The notes under the pieces: model-generated | Seen by the model: only the letters and a program-made list of their open reading frames with translations | The model's database searches: none | What the model was told of the DNA's origin: nothing | Position numbers and translations under genes: made by a program | Shown here: piece by piece, positions 54,752 to 64,000 of the stretch | How the letters are laid out: the number at the start of each line of letters is the position of its first letter | Position numbering within the stretch: the stretch's first letter is position 1 | Source: Desulfatiglandales bacterium | GTDB lineage: Bacteria; Desulfobacterota; DSM-4660; Desulfatiglandales; Desulfatiglandaceae | DNA length: 64,000 nucleotides | NCBI GenBank assembly: GCA_963662465.1 | Contig: OY759599.1 | Location: 6,048,001 to 6,112,000, forward strand | Reading direction: 5' to 3'

Positions 54752-56152
54752 ATGATAATGAAATTGAAAAAAGGACACACGCTTGAGCTGAACATTGAAA
54801 GGATGGCCTATGGGGGCCGCGGCATTGCACGCATGGATGGATTTGTGATCTTTGTACGCGGCGCCGTTCCCGGGGACAGGGTTATGGCCAGAATCTACAA
54901 AAAAAAGAAGGATTATGCCGAGGCAGGCCTTGTGGAATTGCTGGATGCATCATGTGATCGCATCGAAGCCGCCTGTCCATATGCGGGATACTGCGGGGGT
55001 TGTCAATGGCAGCATGTGGCCTATGAAAAGCAGTTGGAATTTAAAAGCGAACACATAAAGGAACCCCTTGAACGTATTGCGGGACTGAAAGATGTGCTGG
55101 TTCGACCCCTGCTTCCCTCTGGCAATATTTTTGGGTACCGAAATAAAATGGAGTTTTCCTTCTCCGACAGGCGGTGGTATCTTCCCGATGAACTGCCTTT
55201 TAAAGAGAAAGGCGAAGATTTTGCGTTGGGACTCCATGTGCCCGGGACTTATCATAAGGTTATTGATATGACGGCATGTTTGCTGCAGCCGAAAACGGGA
55301 AACGAAATCTTGAGAGAAGTCGGGCAATACGTAAAGGATTCGGGCATTCCGGTTTATGGGTTGAAAAGCCATAAAGGCTTTTGGCGTTATTTGACCATTC
55401 GCCATTCCGAGGCGTTTGACCAGTGGATGGTCAATCTGGTCACGTCGGAAGAGAATGTATCCATGGTTCAGCCCCTGGCCGACAGCCTCTGTCAAAAGTT
55501 TGAGGGGATCAAGACCGTGGTCAACAATATCAATGGACGAAAGGCTTCCATTGCAGTCGGAGAACACGAAAAAGTCCTCAGGGGCGATGGGTTTATCAAC
55601 GATAAAATTGGTCCCTTTACCTTCCGGATTTCGGCAAACTCGTTTTTCCAAACCAATACCTCTTCCGCTGAAAAACTCTATAATCAGGTGCTTTGTTATA
55701 CGAACCCGAAAGGCACGGAAATGGTGCTTGATCTGTACAGCGGCACCGGCACCATTCCGATTTTTCTGGCAAGCCGGGTTCGTGCCGTTACCGGCATAGA
55801 GATCAGCGAAAGCGCCACGGCGGACGCAAACAGGAATGCCTTGGAAAACGGCGTTCGGAACTGTCAGTTCGTATGTGGCGACATTCGTGAAAAACTTGGG
55901 CAAATAGCCTTTAAACCCGATATTATAATTATTGATCCGCCGCGCGCGGGAATGCATAAGGATGTGTTGGCCGAAACGCTGGCCCTTGCCCCTTACCGAA
56001 TCGTTTATGTTTCGTGCAATCCCACAACCCTGGCCAGGGATTTGGAGGCAATGGTTGAATTTTACGATTTGAATGAAATACAGCCGGTTGATATGTTTCC
56101 ACACACATTTCATATTGAAGCGGTTGCCAAGCTTTCCCGTCGAAAAAAATGA
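54752..56152 (+). CDS. rlmD: 23S rRNA (uracil-1939-C5)-methyltransferase
   Basis: TRAM domain, C..CGGC, SFFQTN, DPPRAG, YVSCNP and DMFPHT motifs. Confidence 0.93.
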   Translation: MIMKLKKGHTLELNIERMAYGGRGIARMDGFVIFVRGAVPGDRVMARIYKKKKDYAEAGLVELLDASCDRIEAACPYAGYCGGCQWQHVAYEKQLEFKSEHIKEPLERIAGLKDVLVRPLLPSGNIFGYRNKMEFSFSDRRWYLPDELPFKEKGEDFALGLHVPGTYHKVIDMTACLLQPKTGNEILREVGQYVKDSGIPVYGLKSHKGFWRYLTIRHSEAFDQWMVNLVTSEENVSMVQPLADSLCQKFEGIKTVVNNINGRKASIAVGEHEKVLRGDGFINDKIGPFTFRISANSFFQTNTSSAEKLYNQVLCYTNPKGTEMVLDLYSGTGTIPIFLASRVRAVTGIEISESATADANRNALENGVRNCQFVCGDIREKLGQIAFKPDIIIIDPPRAGMHKDVLAETLALAPYRIVYVSCNPTTLARDLEAMVEFYDLNEIQPVDMFPHTFHIEAVAKLSRRKK

Positions 56153-56250
56153 CAAAAGCTGGAAAAAGATTGACAAAACCATATTTTAAAAATATTCTGG
56201 CGTGCTAGATGCGTTAAATGATTCAATTCGAGTAAAGGGGGTGATTCATA

Positions 56251-56340
56251 ATGGCCGTAAGTTTATCGGCGATTTTCTTTGCGAGGCCTTACGGTCCCGG
56301 CGAATGCTGCATACCCCCCCAAACATATGAGTGCTTTTGA
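56251..56340 (+). CDS. Putative 29-aa leader peptide upstream of rpsU
   Basis: MAVSLSAIFFARPYGPGECCIPPQTYECF preceded by AAAGGGGGTG; promoter TTGACA-17-TATTCT at 56170-56198. Confidence 0.35.
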   Translation: MAVSLSAIFFARPYGPGECCIPPQTYECF

Positions 56341-56509
56341 ACCTTCATCGCTTCAACAGGTGAGCCCTGATGCTTATTTGCCAGTGACCCATATATAACG
56401 ATGACAAGATAGACCCTGTCCGCTGTTGAAAGCGAAGGAAAGCATCTCTGATTGTTGTGAGGTGTTTTTTTTTGAACTCAGACTTCTTTATGGTGCAACG
56501 AGGTAATTT

Positions 56510-56695
56510 ATGAAAGTAATTGTTCGTGATAATCAGATCGAAAAAGCGATTAAAGATTTAAAAAGGAAGTTAACCAAAGAGGGTTTTTTTTCGGAAATCA
56601 AAGAACGGCGTTTTTACGATAAGCCGAGTGTACAGAAAAAAAAGAAACAGGCCAAGGCTGCAAAAAGACGTCGAAAAAAAATAAGAAGATTTTAG
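56510..56695 (+). CDS. rpsU: 30S ribosomal protein S21
   Basis: IEKAIKDLKRK...ERRFYDKPS; GAGGT RBS. Confidence 0.93.
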   Translation: MKVIVRDNQIEKAIKDLKRKLTKEGFFSEIKERRFYDKPSVQKKKKQAKAAKRRRKKIRRF

Positions 56696-56861
56696 CTTTT
56701 CCTTGCTGCGGATGCCGGGAAAGCTTGCGGTGGGGGAACTCGTGTTTCGTGTTTTGAGTGTGGTTTTTCACTTGACAAAATGAGGACCAATTAGGTAAAT
56801 ACCCGAAACTGTTTGCCCCTTATTGACTCAACCCATAACCGGATGCAAGAGGCTTACGACC

Positions 56862-57578
56862 ATGAAAAACAAAACGAATTCCGCTGAAAACGGAACCCAA
56901 TCATCCATTGGAGGCTTGGTCCCGAGGTGGATTAATCTCAGCCTTGCAGTTCAGGACGTCAGTTTTTTCGTCTTAGGCCTTGTCGGCGCCTTGATTGTGG
57001 GTTGGGTAATTTTTCCTGCGGTACTCTATTCCAAGCAACCGCAGCCCATCAATTTCAATCACGCCTTGCACCTTGATTCTGAAAAAGTGGACGGCATTGA
57101 AGGGGATACGCCGGAAGAGAAATGTCAGACCTGCCACGCCTTCCGAGAAGACGGCAGTTTCGCGGGCATTCCGAAACTCGATAAATGCATGGAATGTCAC
57201 GATGATCCCGAATCCCCCCTGGGAGAAACGCCGGAAGAGAAACAATTCCTGGAGGAGTATGTTGCCGATGAGAAACCGATTCCGTGGCTTGTTTACTCAA
57301 AACAGCCGGACTGTGTTTATTTTTCTCATATTGCCCATGTCAAAATGGGTGAAATGGCATGTGCCACCTGCCATGGTGATTTCGCAAGCAACCAAAAACT
57401 GCCGTTATATGTTGAAAACCGGTTAACCGGTTACAGCATCAATATCTGGGGAAAAAATATTTCCGGATTTCATCTGAATAAAAAGCCGTCTGACCGTATG
57501 AAGATGGATGACTGTGCCGAATGCCACACCCAAAAGGGACAGGAACAGAATAACGCCTGTTTCGTGTGTCACAAATAA
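56862..57578 (+). CDS. qrcA: Quinone reductase complex multiheme cytochrome c subunit
   Basis: TM helix, QPINFNH, five CxxCH motifs and a C-terminal NACFVCHK. Confidence 0.9.
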   Translation: MKNKTNSAENGTQSSIGGLVPRWINLSLAVQDVSFFVLGLVGALIVGWVIFPAVLYSKQPQPINFNHALHLDSEKVDGIEGDTPEEKCQTCHAFREDGSFAGIPKLDKCMECHDDPESPLGETPEEKQFLEEYVADEKPIPWLVYSKQPDCVYFSHIAHVKMGEMACATCHGDFASNQKLPLYVENRLTGYSINIWGKNISGFHLNKKPSDRMKMDDCAECHTQKGQEQNNACFVCHK

Positions 57579-57591
57579 GGGGAAGATGACC

Positions 57592-60063
57592 ATGAAAATA
57601 ACCAGAAGAAATTTCATCGCATCTGTCGTTGGCGGGGTCGTGGGAATTCAGGTCACGCCTCTACCCTGGAAGCTTACGGATGACGCCGCCATATGGACCC
57701 AGAATTGGCCCTGGGTGCCGGTTCCCCCCACCGGCGCCGCCACGGAGGAAAATACCGTTTGCAATCTCTGTCCGGGAGGATGCGGCATTTCCGTCAGGAA
57801 AGTCGATCAAAGGGCCGTCAAGATAGAAGGTCGTACCGATTATCCCATAAACCCGGGGGGTGTTTGTCCGGTGGGTATGGGTGGTCTTCAATTGCTTTAC
57901 GATAATGACATGCGGTTTCCCGGACCCATGAAGCGGGCCGGCGCCAGGGGTGAGGGTCAGTTTGTCGAAATCAGCTGGGGCGAAGCTTACGACATTCTGG
58001 CATCGCGGATATCGAAGTTGCGGAAAGCCGGAAGGCCCGAGGCCATTGCCGCTGTTGACGGGAATGCCGAGGGAACAACCACATCCTTGTTGATCCAAAG
58101 GTTTATGCGAGCTGTGGGGAGTCCCAATTATGTGAAGCCCGCATCGATCACGGATACCTATGCCATGGGCAACCTTTTGATGTTGGGGAAATCAACCCCA
58201 ATGGCCTATGATCTGGAAAATTCCGATTATGTGTTGAGCTTCGGCTGTGGCCTCCTGGAAGGTTGGGGTGCTCCCGGTCGGGTGATGAATGCATGGGGCA
58301 TGTGGCATGATGCCAATCCGGCCAAACGGAAAACCAAGGTTGTACAGATTGAATCCCGGGCGTCCAACACCGCATCCAAAGCGGATTTCTGGGTAGCGCC
58401 CCGCCCCGGGACCGATGGCGCGTTGGCCCTGGGCATTGCACATGTACTCATCAGCAAGGGGCGTTTAGATCAGCGATTTCTAGACAATTTTTCCTTTGGA
58501 TTTAATGACCTGACGTCTTTAAGCGGTCAAAAAAAACCTGGCTTTAAATCGCTTGTGTTAAAAAACTATTCCCCCGCACAGGTGGAAAAAATCACCGGGG
58601 TTGACGCAAATGCCATTGTCTCATTGGCGGAAAATTTCAGCAAAGCAAAGACGCCGGTTGCCATTTACGGAAAAGGAAAAAACAATCTGAACGGCAGCCT
58701 GTATGAATTTATGGCAGTCCAAAGCTTGAATGCTATTGCGGGAAGGATCAACCGTCCGGGAGGCGTTTTGCTCCCAGATCCGCTTCCCCTGTCTCCCCTT
58801 CCTGACTTTGACCCTGATGAAGCGGCTGCGGAAGGTCTGAAAAAACCACGCCTCGATGGCGCGGGGTCGCCCGCATATCCTTTCTCCCAGAGCCTTATCA
58901 ACCACTTTGCCAAAGCCATTAACAACAGTGCGCAATCACCGGTAGATACGCTTCTTGTCTTTTCGGCAAACCCGTTTTTTACCGTTCCAGATGGCGGCGG
59001 GTTTAAGAATGCGCTGGAAAAGATCCCCTTCATTGTGAGCTTTTCGCCATACCGCGATGAGACAGCCAACATGGCCGATCTCATCTTGCCGGATCATAAC
59101 TACCTTGAGAAAATGGAGGATACGGTCTGGCCGGTCGGACTGCAGTATCCCTTTTTCGGGCTGTCAAAACCGGTGGTGGAACCTGTAAACAACACGCGGA
59201 ACGTTGGTGATGTGGTCATTTCCCTGGCCAAAGCCGTGGGCAATGAAACCGGCGGTGTATTTCCCTGGGAGAATTTTGAAGAAGCACTTCAGGTTCGGGC
59301 AAAGGGCCTGTTTGAGGCGGGCGGCGGAATGGTCCATTATGATCCTTCCCATCCTGCCTGGAGATTTAACCCGTTTCGGAGTATTCCTAAACCAACATAC
59401 GGCTCCTTCGATGAAATGTGGGAAGCAATGAAATCGGGCGGGATGTGGTATAGACCCGTGACCCTTGGAAAATCTTGGGAAGGTCTTTTCAGCACTCCCA
59501 GCGGCAAATTTGAATTCGTCAGCCAGAAACTGGCCCAGGCCGTTATGGCATATTCCCATGAAACGTCTGTGAAAGAGGCTTTTCGTCAATTGGGAATCCG
59601 CGTTTCCGGCGCCGAAGCGTTTATGGGGCATTACCAAGCCCCCAAACTGGGTGTGGATCGTTCCAAGTATCCCCTTTTCATGGTTCCCTATGAGATGATG
59701 AATCTAGCGGGTGGATGGATACCAACGCCGCCCTTCCTCTACAAAACCCTTTTTGACAGCCAGCTCTTGAAAAACGAATCTTTTGCCGCGATAAATCCCG
59801 AGACAGCCGCCAAATACAATTTGGGGCAAGGCGATCGGGTACTTGTCGAATCACCTGCCGGGCAACTGAAGGTGCGGGTGGATCTTTTTGAGGGAGCGAT
59901 GCCGGGGATGGTTTACATGCCGCTGGGGTTCGGGCACACAGCCTATGATGAATTCCAGAAGGGAAAGGGCGTTAACCCGAACAATATCGTCAATGCCTTA
60001 AATGATCCGGTCAGCGGCTATCCGGTCTGGTGGAATACGCCAGTTAAGTTAACTAAGGTTTAG
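57592..60063 (+). CDS. qrcB: Quinone reductase complex molybdopterin-oxidoreductase-like subunit
   Basis: TRRNFI Tat signal, WKLTDDAAIWTQNW, CNLCPGGC...C cluster motif and ADLILP. Confidence 0.9.
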   Translation: MKITRRNFIASVVGGVVGIQVTPLPWKLTDDAAIWTQNWPWVPVPPTGAATEENTVCNLCPGGCGISVRKVDQRAVKIEGRTDYPINPGGVCPVGMGGLQLLYDNDMRFPGPMKRAGARGEGQFVEISWGEAYDILASRISKLRKAGRPEAIAAVDGNAEGTTTSLLIQRFMRAVGSPNYVKPASITDTYAMGNLLMLGKSTPMAYDLENSDYVLSFGCGLLEGWGAPGRVMNAWGMWHDANPAKRKTKVVQIESRASNTASKADFWVAPRPGTDGALALGIAHVLISKGRLDQRFLDNFSFGFNDLTSLSGQKKPGFKSLVLKNYSPAQVEKITGVDANAIVSLAENFSKAKTPVAIYGKGKNNLNGSLYEFMAVQSLNAIAGRINRPGGVLLPDPLPLSPLPDFDPDEAAAEGLKKPRLDGAGSPAYPFSQSLINHFAKAINNSAQSPVDTLLVFSANPFFTVPDGGGFKNALEKIPFIVSFSPYRDETANMADLILPDHNYLEKMEDTVWPVGLQYPFFGLSKPVVEPVNNTRNVGDVVISLAKAVGNETGGVFPWENFEEALQVRAKGLFEAGGGMVHYDPSHPAWRFNPFRSIPKPTYGSFDEMWEAMKSGGMWYRPVTLGKSWEGLFSTPSGKFEFVSQKLAQAVMAYSHETSVKEAFRQLGIRVSGAEAFMGHYQAPKLGVDRSKYPLFMVPYEMMNLAGGWIPTPPFLYKTLFDSQLLKNESFAAINPETAAKYNLGQGDRVLVESPAGQLKVRVDLFEGAMPGMVYMPLGFGHTAYDEFQKGKGVNPNNIVNALNDPVSGYPVWWNTPVKLTKV

Positions 60064-60075
60064 GTGAGGTAGCTC

Positions 60076-60939
60076 ATGAAAAAAGAAAATGACCACGGGA
60101 AACCTGACGCCGGTCATAAAGCCCTGCATCAATCCCGTCAAAAGTATGGCATGGTCATCGATCTTGACAAATGTACCGGGTGTGGAACGTGTATGGTTGC
60201 CTGTGCGGCGGAAAACAATGTTCCCGTAAGGGCCGACCAAACCGATAAAGAGCGTACCATTACCTGGATGAGGCTGTATAAGATCTCCAATGGAAAAAAA
60301 TTCCCCCATACGGAAGTGAGTTATTTTCCCCGACCCTGTATGCATTGCGATCACCATCCACCGTGCGTTTCCGTGTGTGTGGCTACGGCTACGAAACTGG
60401 ATTTCAATACCGGTATCGTCAGCCAGATTTATACCCGATGTATCGGCTGTCGGTATTGCCAGGCAGCGTGTCCTTATGGCGCCCGGTACTTTAACTGGTG
60501 GGATGTCTTCCCCCAGGATAAAGGTATGGATCGCTATCTGTCTCCGGATGTTTCTCCCAGAATGCGGGGCGTTGTAGAGAAGTGTACCTTTTGCCATCAT
60601 CGACTGATGCGGGCAAAAAGTCAGGCTTACGCGGAAGGTCGCAGGGAAGTGGCGGAGGGCGAATATGTGACGGCCTGCACCGAAGCCTGCCCGGCGGGCG
60701 CCATTACTTTCGGGGATTTAAACAACCCGAAACATGCCGTATCGAAATTGAGCAAGCACCCCTATGCCTTCAGGCTTCTCGAACGTCTGGGGACGGAACC
60801 CAAGGTGTACTACCTCTCCAGCAGAGATTGGGTGCGTCGGTTGGCTGACAATTTCCTGCCCGGAGAATATCAACCAGTCGTCAACAGGACCTGGGCCGAA
60901 GAGGAATGGTCCACCAAACCGGGTCGGGACCAGTTTTAG
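60076..60939 (+). CDS. qrcC: Quinone reductase complex iron-sulfur subunit
   Basis: NrfC-like Cys motifs (CTGCGTCMVAC, CIGCRYCQAACPY) and GVVEKCTFC. Confidence 0.92.
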   Translation: MKKENDHGKPDAGHKALHQSRQKYGMVIDLDKCTGCGTCMVACAAENNVPVRADQTDKERTITWMRLYKISNGKKFPHTEVSYFPRPCMHCDHHPPCVSVCVATATKLDFNTGIVSQIYTRCIGCRYCQAACPYGARYFNWWDVFPQDKGMDRYLSPDVSPRMRGVVEKCTFCHHRLMRAKSQAYAEGRREVAEGEYVTACTEACPAGAITFGDLNNPKHAVSKLSKHPYAFRLLERLGTEPKVYYLSSRDWVRRLADNFLPGEYQPVVNRTWAEEEWSTKPGRDQF

Positions 60940-60991
60940 GAATGTAAGGATCAAAAAAATGGCATGCTATCAGATGTCAGGAGGATGAGTA

Positions 60992-62233
60992 ATGGATTCC
61001 CCATTGTTACCGCATGGCGTAAAGAGATGTACCCCGGGGGTCTTTTTTCTATGGACCCTGCCTTGGCTGGCGTTGCTCGCATGGGGGGGCCTCTCGGCCG
61101 TTCTATGTCTTTGGAAGGGCTTGAACCAGACCAATATGAGCAATGTTTTCGCTTTTGCTCTGTGGATTGTTTTTGATCTGGCGGTGATTGCTTTGGGCGC
61201 CGGCGCTTTTTTTACCGGTTTTCTAACCTATATTGTGGGTCGCAAAGAGCTGAAAAGCATCATCAACACGGCGGTTATCATTGGTTTTATCTGCTATTCC
61301 GGCGCCATGGCCATGCTGGGCATCGACATTGGTCAGCCTATCAGGGGCTGGTTTATTTTCTGGCATGCCAATATTCACTCCATGCTGGTGGAGGTGTCCT
61401 TTTGCATCACCTGTTATTTGACCGTTTTAGCCATTGAATTCATCCCGATCATCCTGGAAAATAGGAAAATTGAAAAGGTAAAGGAACTACGGTTATTGGG
61501 TCACAATCTCCATGAGGTCATGGCGGTTTTTGCGGCAACAGGAACATTCTTATCCTTCTTCCACCAGGGGTCTCTGGGGGGTATGTTCGGCGTCATGTAT
61601 GCGAGGCCTTTTGCGGCTCGAGAAGGCTTTTATATCTGGCCCTGGACCTTTTTTCTCTTTGTGCTGTCCGCCATTGCCTGCGGACCGTGCTTTACCATTC
61701 TCTGTACAAAACTGACCGAATTCCTTTCACGCAAAAAACTGGTTCCTGACGATGCGATTCAATTTCTGGCGAAGATGTCCGGCTGGCTTCTCACACTGTA
61801 CATGGTTCTGAAGACCTTGGATTATCTGGGCTGGATATATGGTGTTGTCCCGAGAGCCGGGTTGACATTTATGGATTTTTTCAACGAAGGTCCCTATGGC
61901 GTTTGGATGATCATCGTTGAGATGGTATTTTGCGGATTTCTCCCTGCTATTATTTTGATGACGCCGGCCGGTCGAAAAAGCCAGGGCTGGCTTATCTTTG
62001 CCAGCCTGTTAAATTGTACCGGGATTGTGCTGAATCGGTTTCTGTTCATCATCGTGACCCTGGCGGTTCCGGTGATGCCCTTTGACCGCTTTTGGGGTTA
62101 TCTTCCCACGTGGCAGGAGTGGGGCATCGGGTTGGCGGTGATCGGTTATGGATTTATCGTTTTTTCCCTGGCTTATCGCTATTTGCCCATGTTCCCGAAG
62201 GAGACTGCTCTGAACCCGTTGCCGGTTGAATGA
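60992..62233 (+). CDS. qrcD: Quinone reductase complex NrfD/PsrC-family membrane subunit
   Basis: Multi-TM protein with DLAVIALGAGAFF, DIGQPIR and HQGSLG motifs. Confidence 0.92.
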   Translation: MDSPLLPHGVKRCTPGVFFLWTLPWLALLAWGGLSAVLCLWKGLNQTNMSNVFAFALWIVFDLAVIALGAGAFFTGFLTYIVGRKELKSIINTAVIIGFICYSGAMAMLGIDIGQPIRGWFIFWHANIHSMLVEVSFCITCYLTVLAIEFIPIILENRKIEKVKELRLLGHNLHEVMAVFAATGTFLSFFHQGSLGGMFGVMYARPFAAREGFYIWPWTFFLFVLSAIACGPCFTILCTKLTEFLSRKKLVPDDAIQFLAKMSGWLLTLYMVLKTLDYLGWIYGVVPRAGLTFMDFFNEGPYGVWMIIVEMVFCGFLPAIILMTPAGRKSQGWLIFASLLNCTGIVLNRFLFIIVTLAVPVMPFDRFWGYLPTWQEWGIGLAVIGYGFIVFSLAYRYLPMFPKETALNPLPVE

Positions 62234-62239
62234 TAGTGG

Positions 62240-62352
62240 TTAGCTGTTAGCGGTAAGGCATTAAAAGAGAGGTCACAAGGTAGGAAGAAAAGCCCGTTTG
62301 GTTTTGGGATGTATAAGGGGCTAACAGCTAATAGCTAACAGCTAACAGCTAA
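62240..62352. repeat. Inverted heptamer-array element (same family as 2668-2807)
   Basis: TTAGCTGTTAGC ... CTAACAGCTAATAGCTAACAGCTAACAGCTAA with internal GGAAGAAAAGCCC. Confidence 0.8.
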
Positions 62353-62365
62353 TAAGGAGATCGCC

Positions 62366-62530
62366 ATGACACCATTTTCTTTTGAATGGCAGTGGAACAT
62401 TGAGTATATGATTTTTTTCGGATTGCTGTACCTTGCTTTGGGGATCATCGGCGGGGGAATTACCGTTGTGGCCATTAAAACGGCCCTTCAGGTATTCGGA
62501 TTTATGCGGGAAAGAGATTTCCACGATTAG
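62366..62530 (+). CDS. Small single-TM membrane protein (54 aa) at the end of the qrc operon
   Basis: AAGGAGA RBS; MTPFSFEWQWNIEYMIFFGLLYLALGIIGGGITVVAIKTALQVFGFMRERDFHD; below the ORF-track size cutoff. Confidence 0.8.
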   Translation: MTPFSFEWQWNIEYMIFFGLLYLALGIIGGGITVVAIKTALQVFGFMRERDFHD

Positions 62531-62547
62531 AAAGAACTTTACCCCTG

Positions 62548-62579
62548 TTCACAAGGGTTCTTTTCGGAACCCTTGTGAA
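62548..62579 (+). terminator. Strong hairpin ending the qrc operon
   Basis: TTCACAAGGGTTC-TTTTCG-GAACCCTTGTGAA, a 13-bp stem without a clear U-tract. Confidence 0.6.
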
Positions 62580-62819
62580 GCCCTGATCTAAAATTTGAAA
62601 TTCCAATTTTTGAGCAGTAAATCTCAACTAAATTCTAAATCTCAATTCTCAAATTCAATTCAACGCAATTTTTGTGCAAATCCTCAAATTATCAGAGATG
62701 CTTCAGTGTTGTTTTCTAGTTGCAGTGTTATATCGGTTGTGACATATTCATAAAAATAGGAACTTTGAAAGCCTTCAACCCGAACACCCAAAAGATTTCA
62801 AAACGAACGGTGGACATTG

Positions 62820-64000
62820 ATGGAAGCGTTTTTTAATCTCAAAACTCCCGATGAAGTTTTTCTAATCGTCGATGATTTTTCTCCCGTCGGCCAAGAAACC
62901 GTTTCCCTGGAAGATGCTTTAGGTCGGGTGCTGAGCCTGGATTTAACCGCGCCGGAGGATTTGCCTGATTTTTTTAAATCCACCATGGACGGCTATGCGG
63001 TTCACGCCAAAAACACTTTCGGCGCCACGGAAAGCCTTCCTGCCCTGCTGGAAATTGCCGGCGAGGTTTCCATGGGCGAGGCTGGAAAAATGGGTTTAAA
63101 ACCGGGACAAGCCGCAAAAATTCCCACCGGCGGCATGCTGCCCAAAGGCGCCGACGGGGTGGTGATGGTGGAGTACTGTACCCTCCTGGATGCGGGAACC
63201 CTTGAGGTCAGTCGCGCCATAAGCCCCCTGGAGAACATTATTCAACCCGGAGACGACTTCAAGCTGGGATCGCTCCTCCTACCCAAGGGAAAACACCTGC
63301 GACCCCAGGACCTGGGCGTCCTGGCGGGCCTGGGATTTTATGAAATTCCGGTCTTTCGCAGGCCATTGGTCGCCATCCTGTCCACCGGCGATGAAATCGT
63401 GCCGGTTTCCGGAAAACCTGATCCCGGGCAAATTCGAGACATCAATCGGTACACGCTGGGTGGCCTGTGCCGAAACATGGGGGCTGTTCCCATCTATATG
63501 GGCATATGTCCGGACCATTTTGAAACCCTCAGGGAAATGGCGGAAAAAGCCCTTGTAAAAGCCGATGCCTTGTGGATATCGGGGGGCAGTTCCGTGGGAA
63601 CCCGGGATTTCACCCTCAATGTCTTTGAAACCCTTCCCGATTTTTCATTGCTGGTTCACGGCATATCCCTCAGCCCAGGCAAACCGACCATTATGGGCCG
63701 CTCCGGCGCCAAACCCGTGATCGGTTTTCCCGGACATCCCGCTTCAACCGCCGTGGTGGCGGAAATTTTCATGACCAGAATGCTGGCAACGATTTCCGGC
63801 CGCATGGATGCGCAACATGATGTTCATTGCTTCAAGAAAGCCATCCTCAATCGAAACATCCCTTCATCCGGGGGGCGGGAGGATTATGTTCGCGTTAAAC
63901 TGGAAAAAGACGGGGAACGCTTGACCGCCGTACCCATATTTGGAAAGTCCGGCTTGATTTCAACATTGGCGGCGGCGGACGGGCTGGTCAGAATTGACAT
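62820..64000 (+). CDS. moeA: Molybdopterin molybdotransferase MoeA (3' end outside window)
   Basis: Translated by hand: ALGRVL, STMDGYAV, IPTGGMLPKGADGVVMVE, LSTGDE, SGGSSVG and PGKPT motifs. Confidence 0.93.
   Translation, partial: MEAFFNLKTPDEVFLIVDDFSPVGQETVSLEDALGRVLSLDLTAPEDLPDFFKSTMDGYAVHAKNTFGATESLPALLEIAGEVSMGEAGKMGLKPGQAAKIPTGGMLPKGADGVVMVEYCTLLDAGTLEVSRAISPLENIIQPGDDFKLGSLLLPKGKHLRPQDLGVLAGLGFYEIPVFRRPLVAILSTGDEIVPVSGKPDPGQIRDINRYTLGGLCRNMGAVPIYMGICPDHFETLREMAEKALVKADALWISGGSSVGTRDFTLNVFETLPDFSLLVHGISLSPGKPTIMGRSGAKPVIGFPGHPASTAVVAEIFMTRMLATISGRMDAQHDVHCFKKAILNRNIPSSGGREDYVRVKLEKDGERLTAVPIFGKSGLISTLAAADGLVRID

Noticed and set aside
56237..56320. GGGGGTGA...CCCCCCC as tRNA or tmRNA
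   Set aside because: No T-loop (GTTCRA), cloverleaf or CCA end.
62586..62690. AAATTC/AAATCTCAA low-complexity tract before moeA
   Set aside because: Too degenerate to define a repeat unit or boundaries.
62738..62755. TTGTGACATATTCATAA as a Rex operator
   Set aside because: Spacing and right half-site do not fit the Rex palindrome well enough.

Overview
The window looks like chromosomal DNA from a sulfate-reducing Desulfobacterota (deltaproteobacterial) genome, inferred from qrcABCD, PFOR and paired pilT genes. Housekeeping blocks at 1-13.3 kb (secD-yajC-tgt-queA, argS, tatBC, dnaK-grpE) and 33-64 kb (lepB, PFOR, surE, pilT x2, panB-panE, recN, rlmD, rpsU, qrcABCD, moeA) flank a roughly 20 kb accessory island at about 13.3-33.2 kb. 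The island holds nested insertion sequences, three kinds of MITE, toxin-antitoxin remnants and three copies of a membrane-anchored coiled-coil gene with different repeat numbers. The best candidate for an undescribed system is a 4.8 kb IS21-like element bounded by inverted repeats. Its istA-istB genes lie in one tightly packed operon behind a Cys-rich protein, a winged-helix protein and a ParB-like protein, downstream of a structured leader containing a terminator. Its istB is interrupted by a 104-bp MITE whose ends match an ISAs1-family element 14 kb away; that element has a DUF4338-like N-terminal domain and a -1 frameshift signal. Other notable items are an unannotated 54-aa membrane protein after qrcD, a 29-codon upstream ORF and hairpins before rpsU, a receiver domain with a large insertion, and a family of intergenic elements built from inverted heptamer arrays. 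All family assignments come from recognising motifs by eye; no database searches were run.
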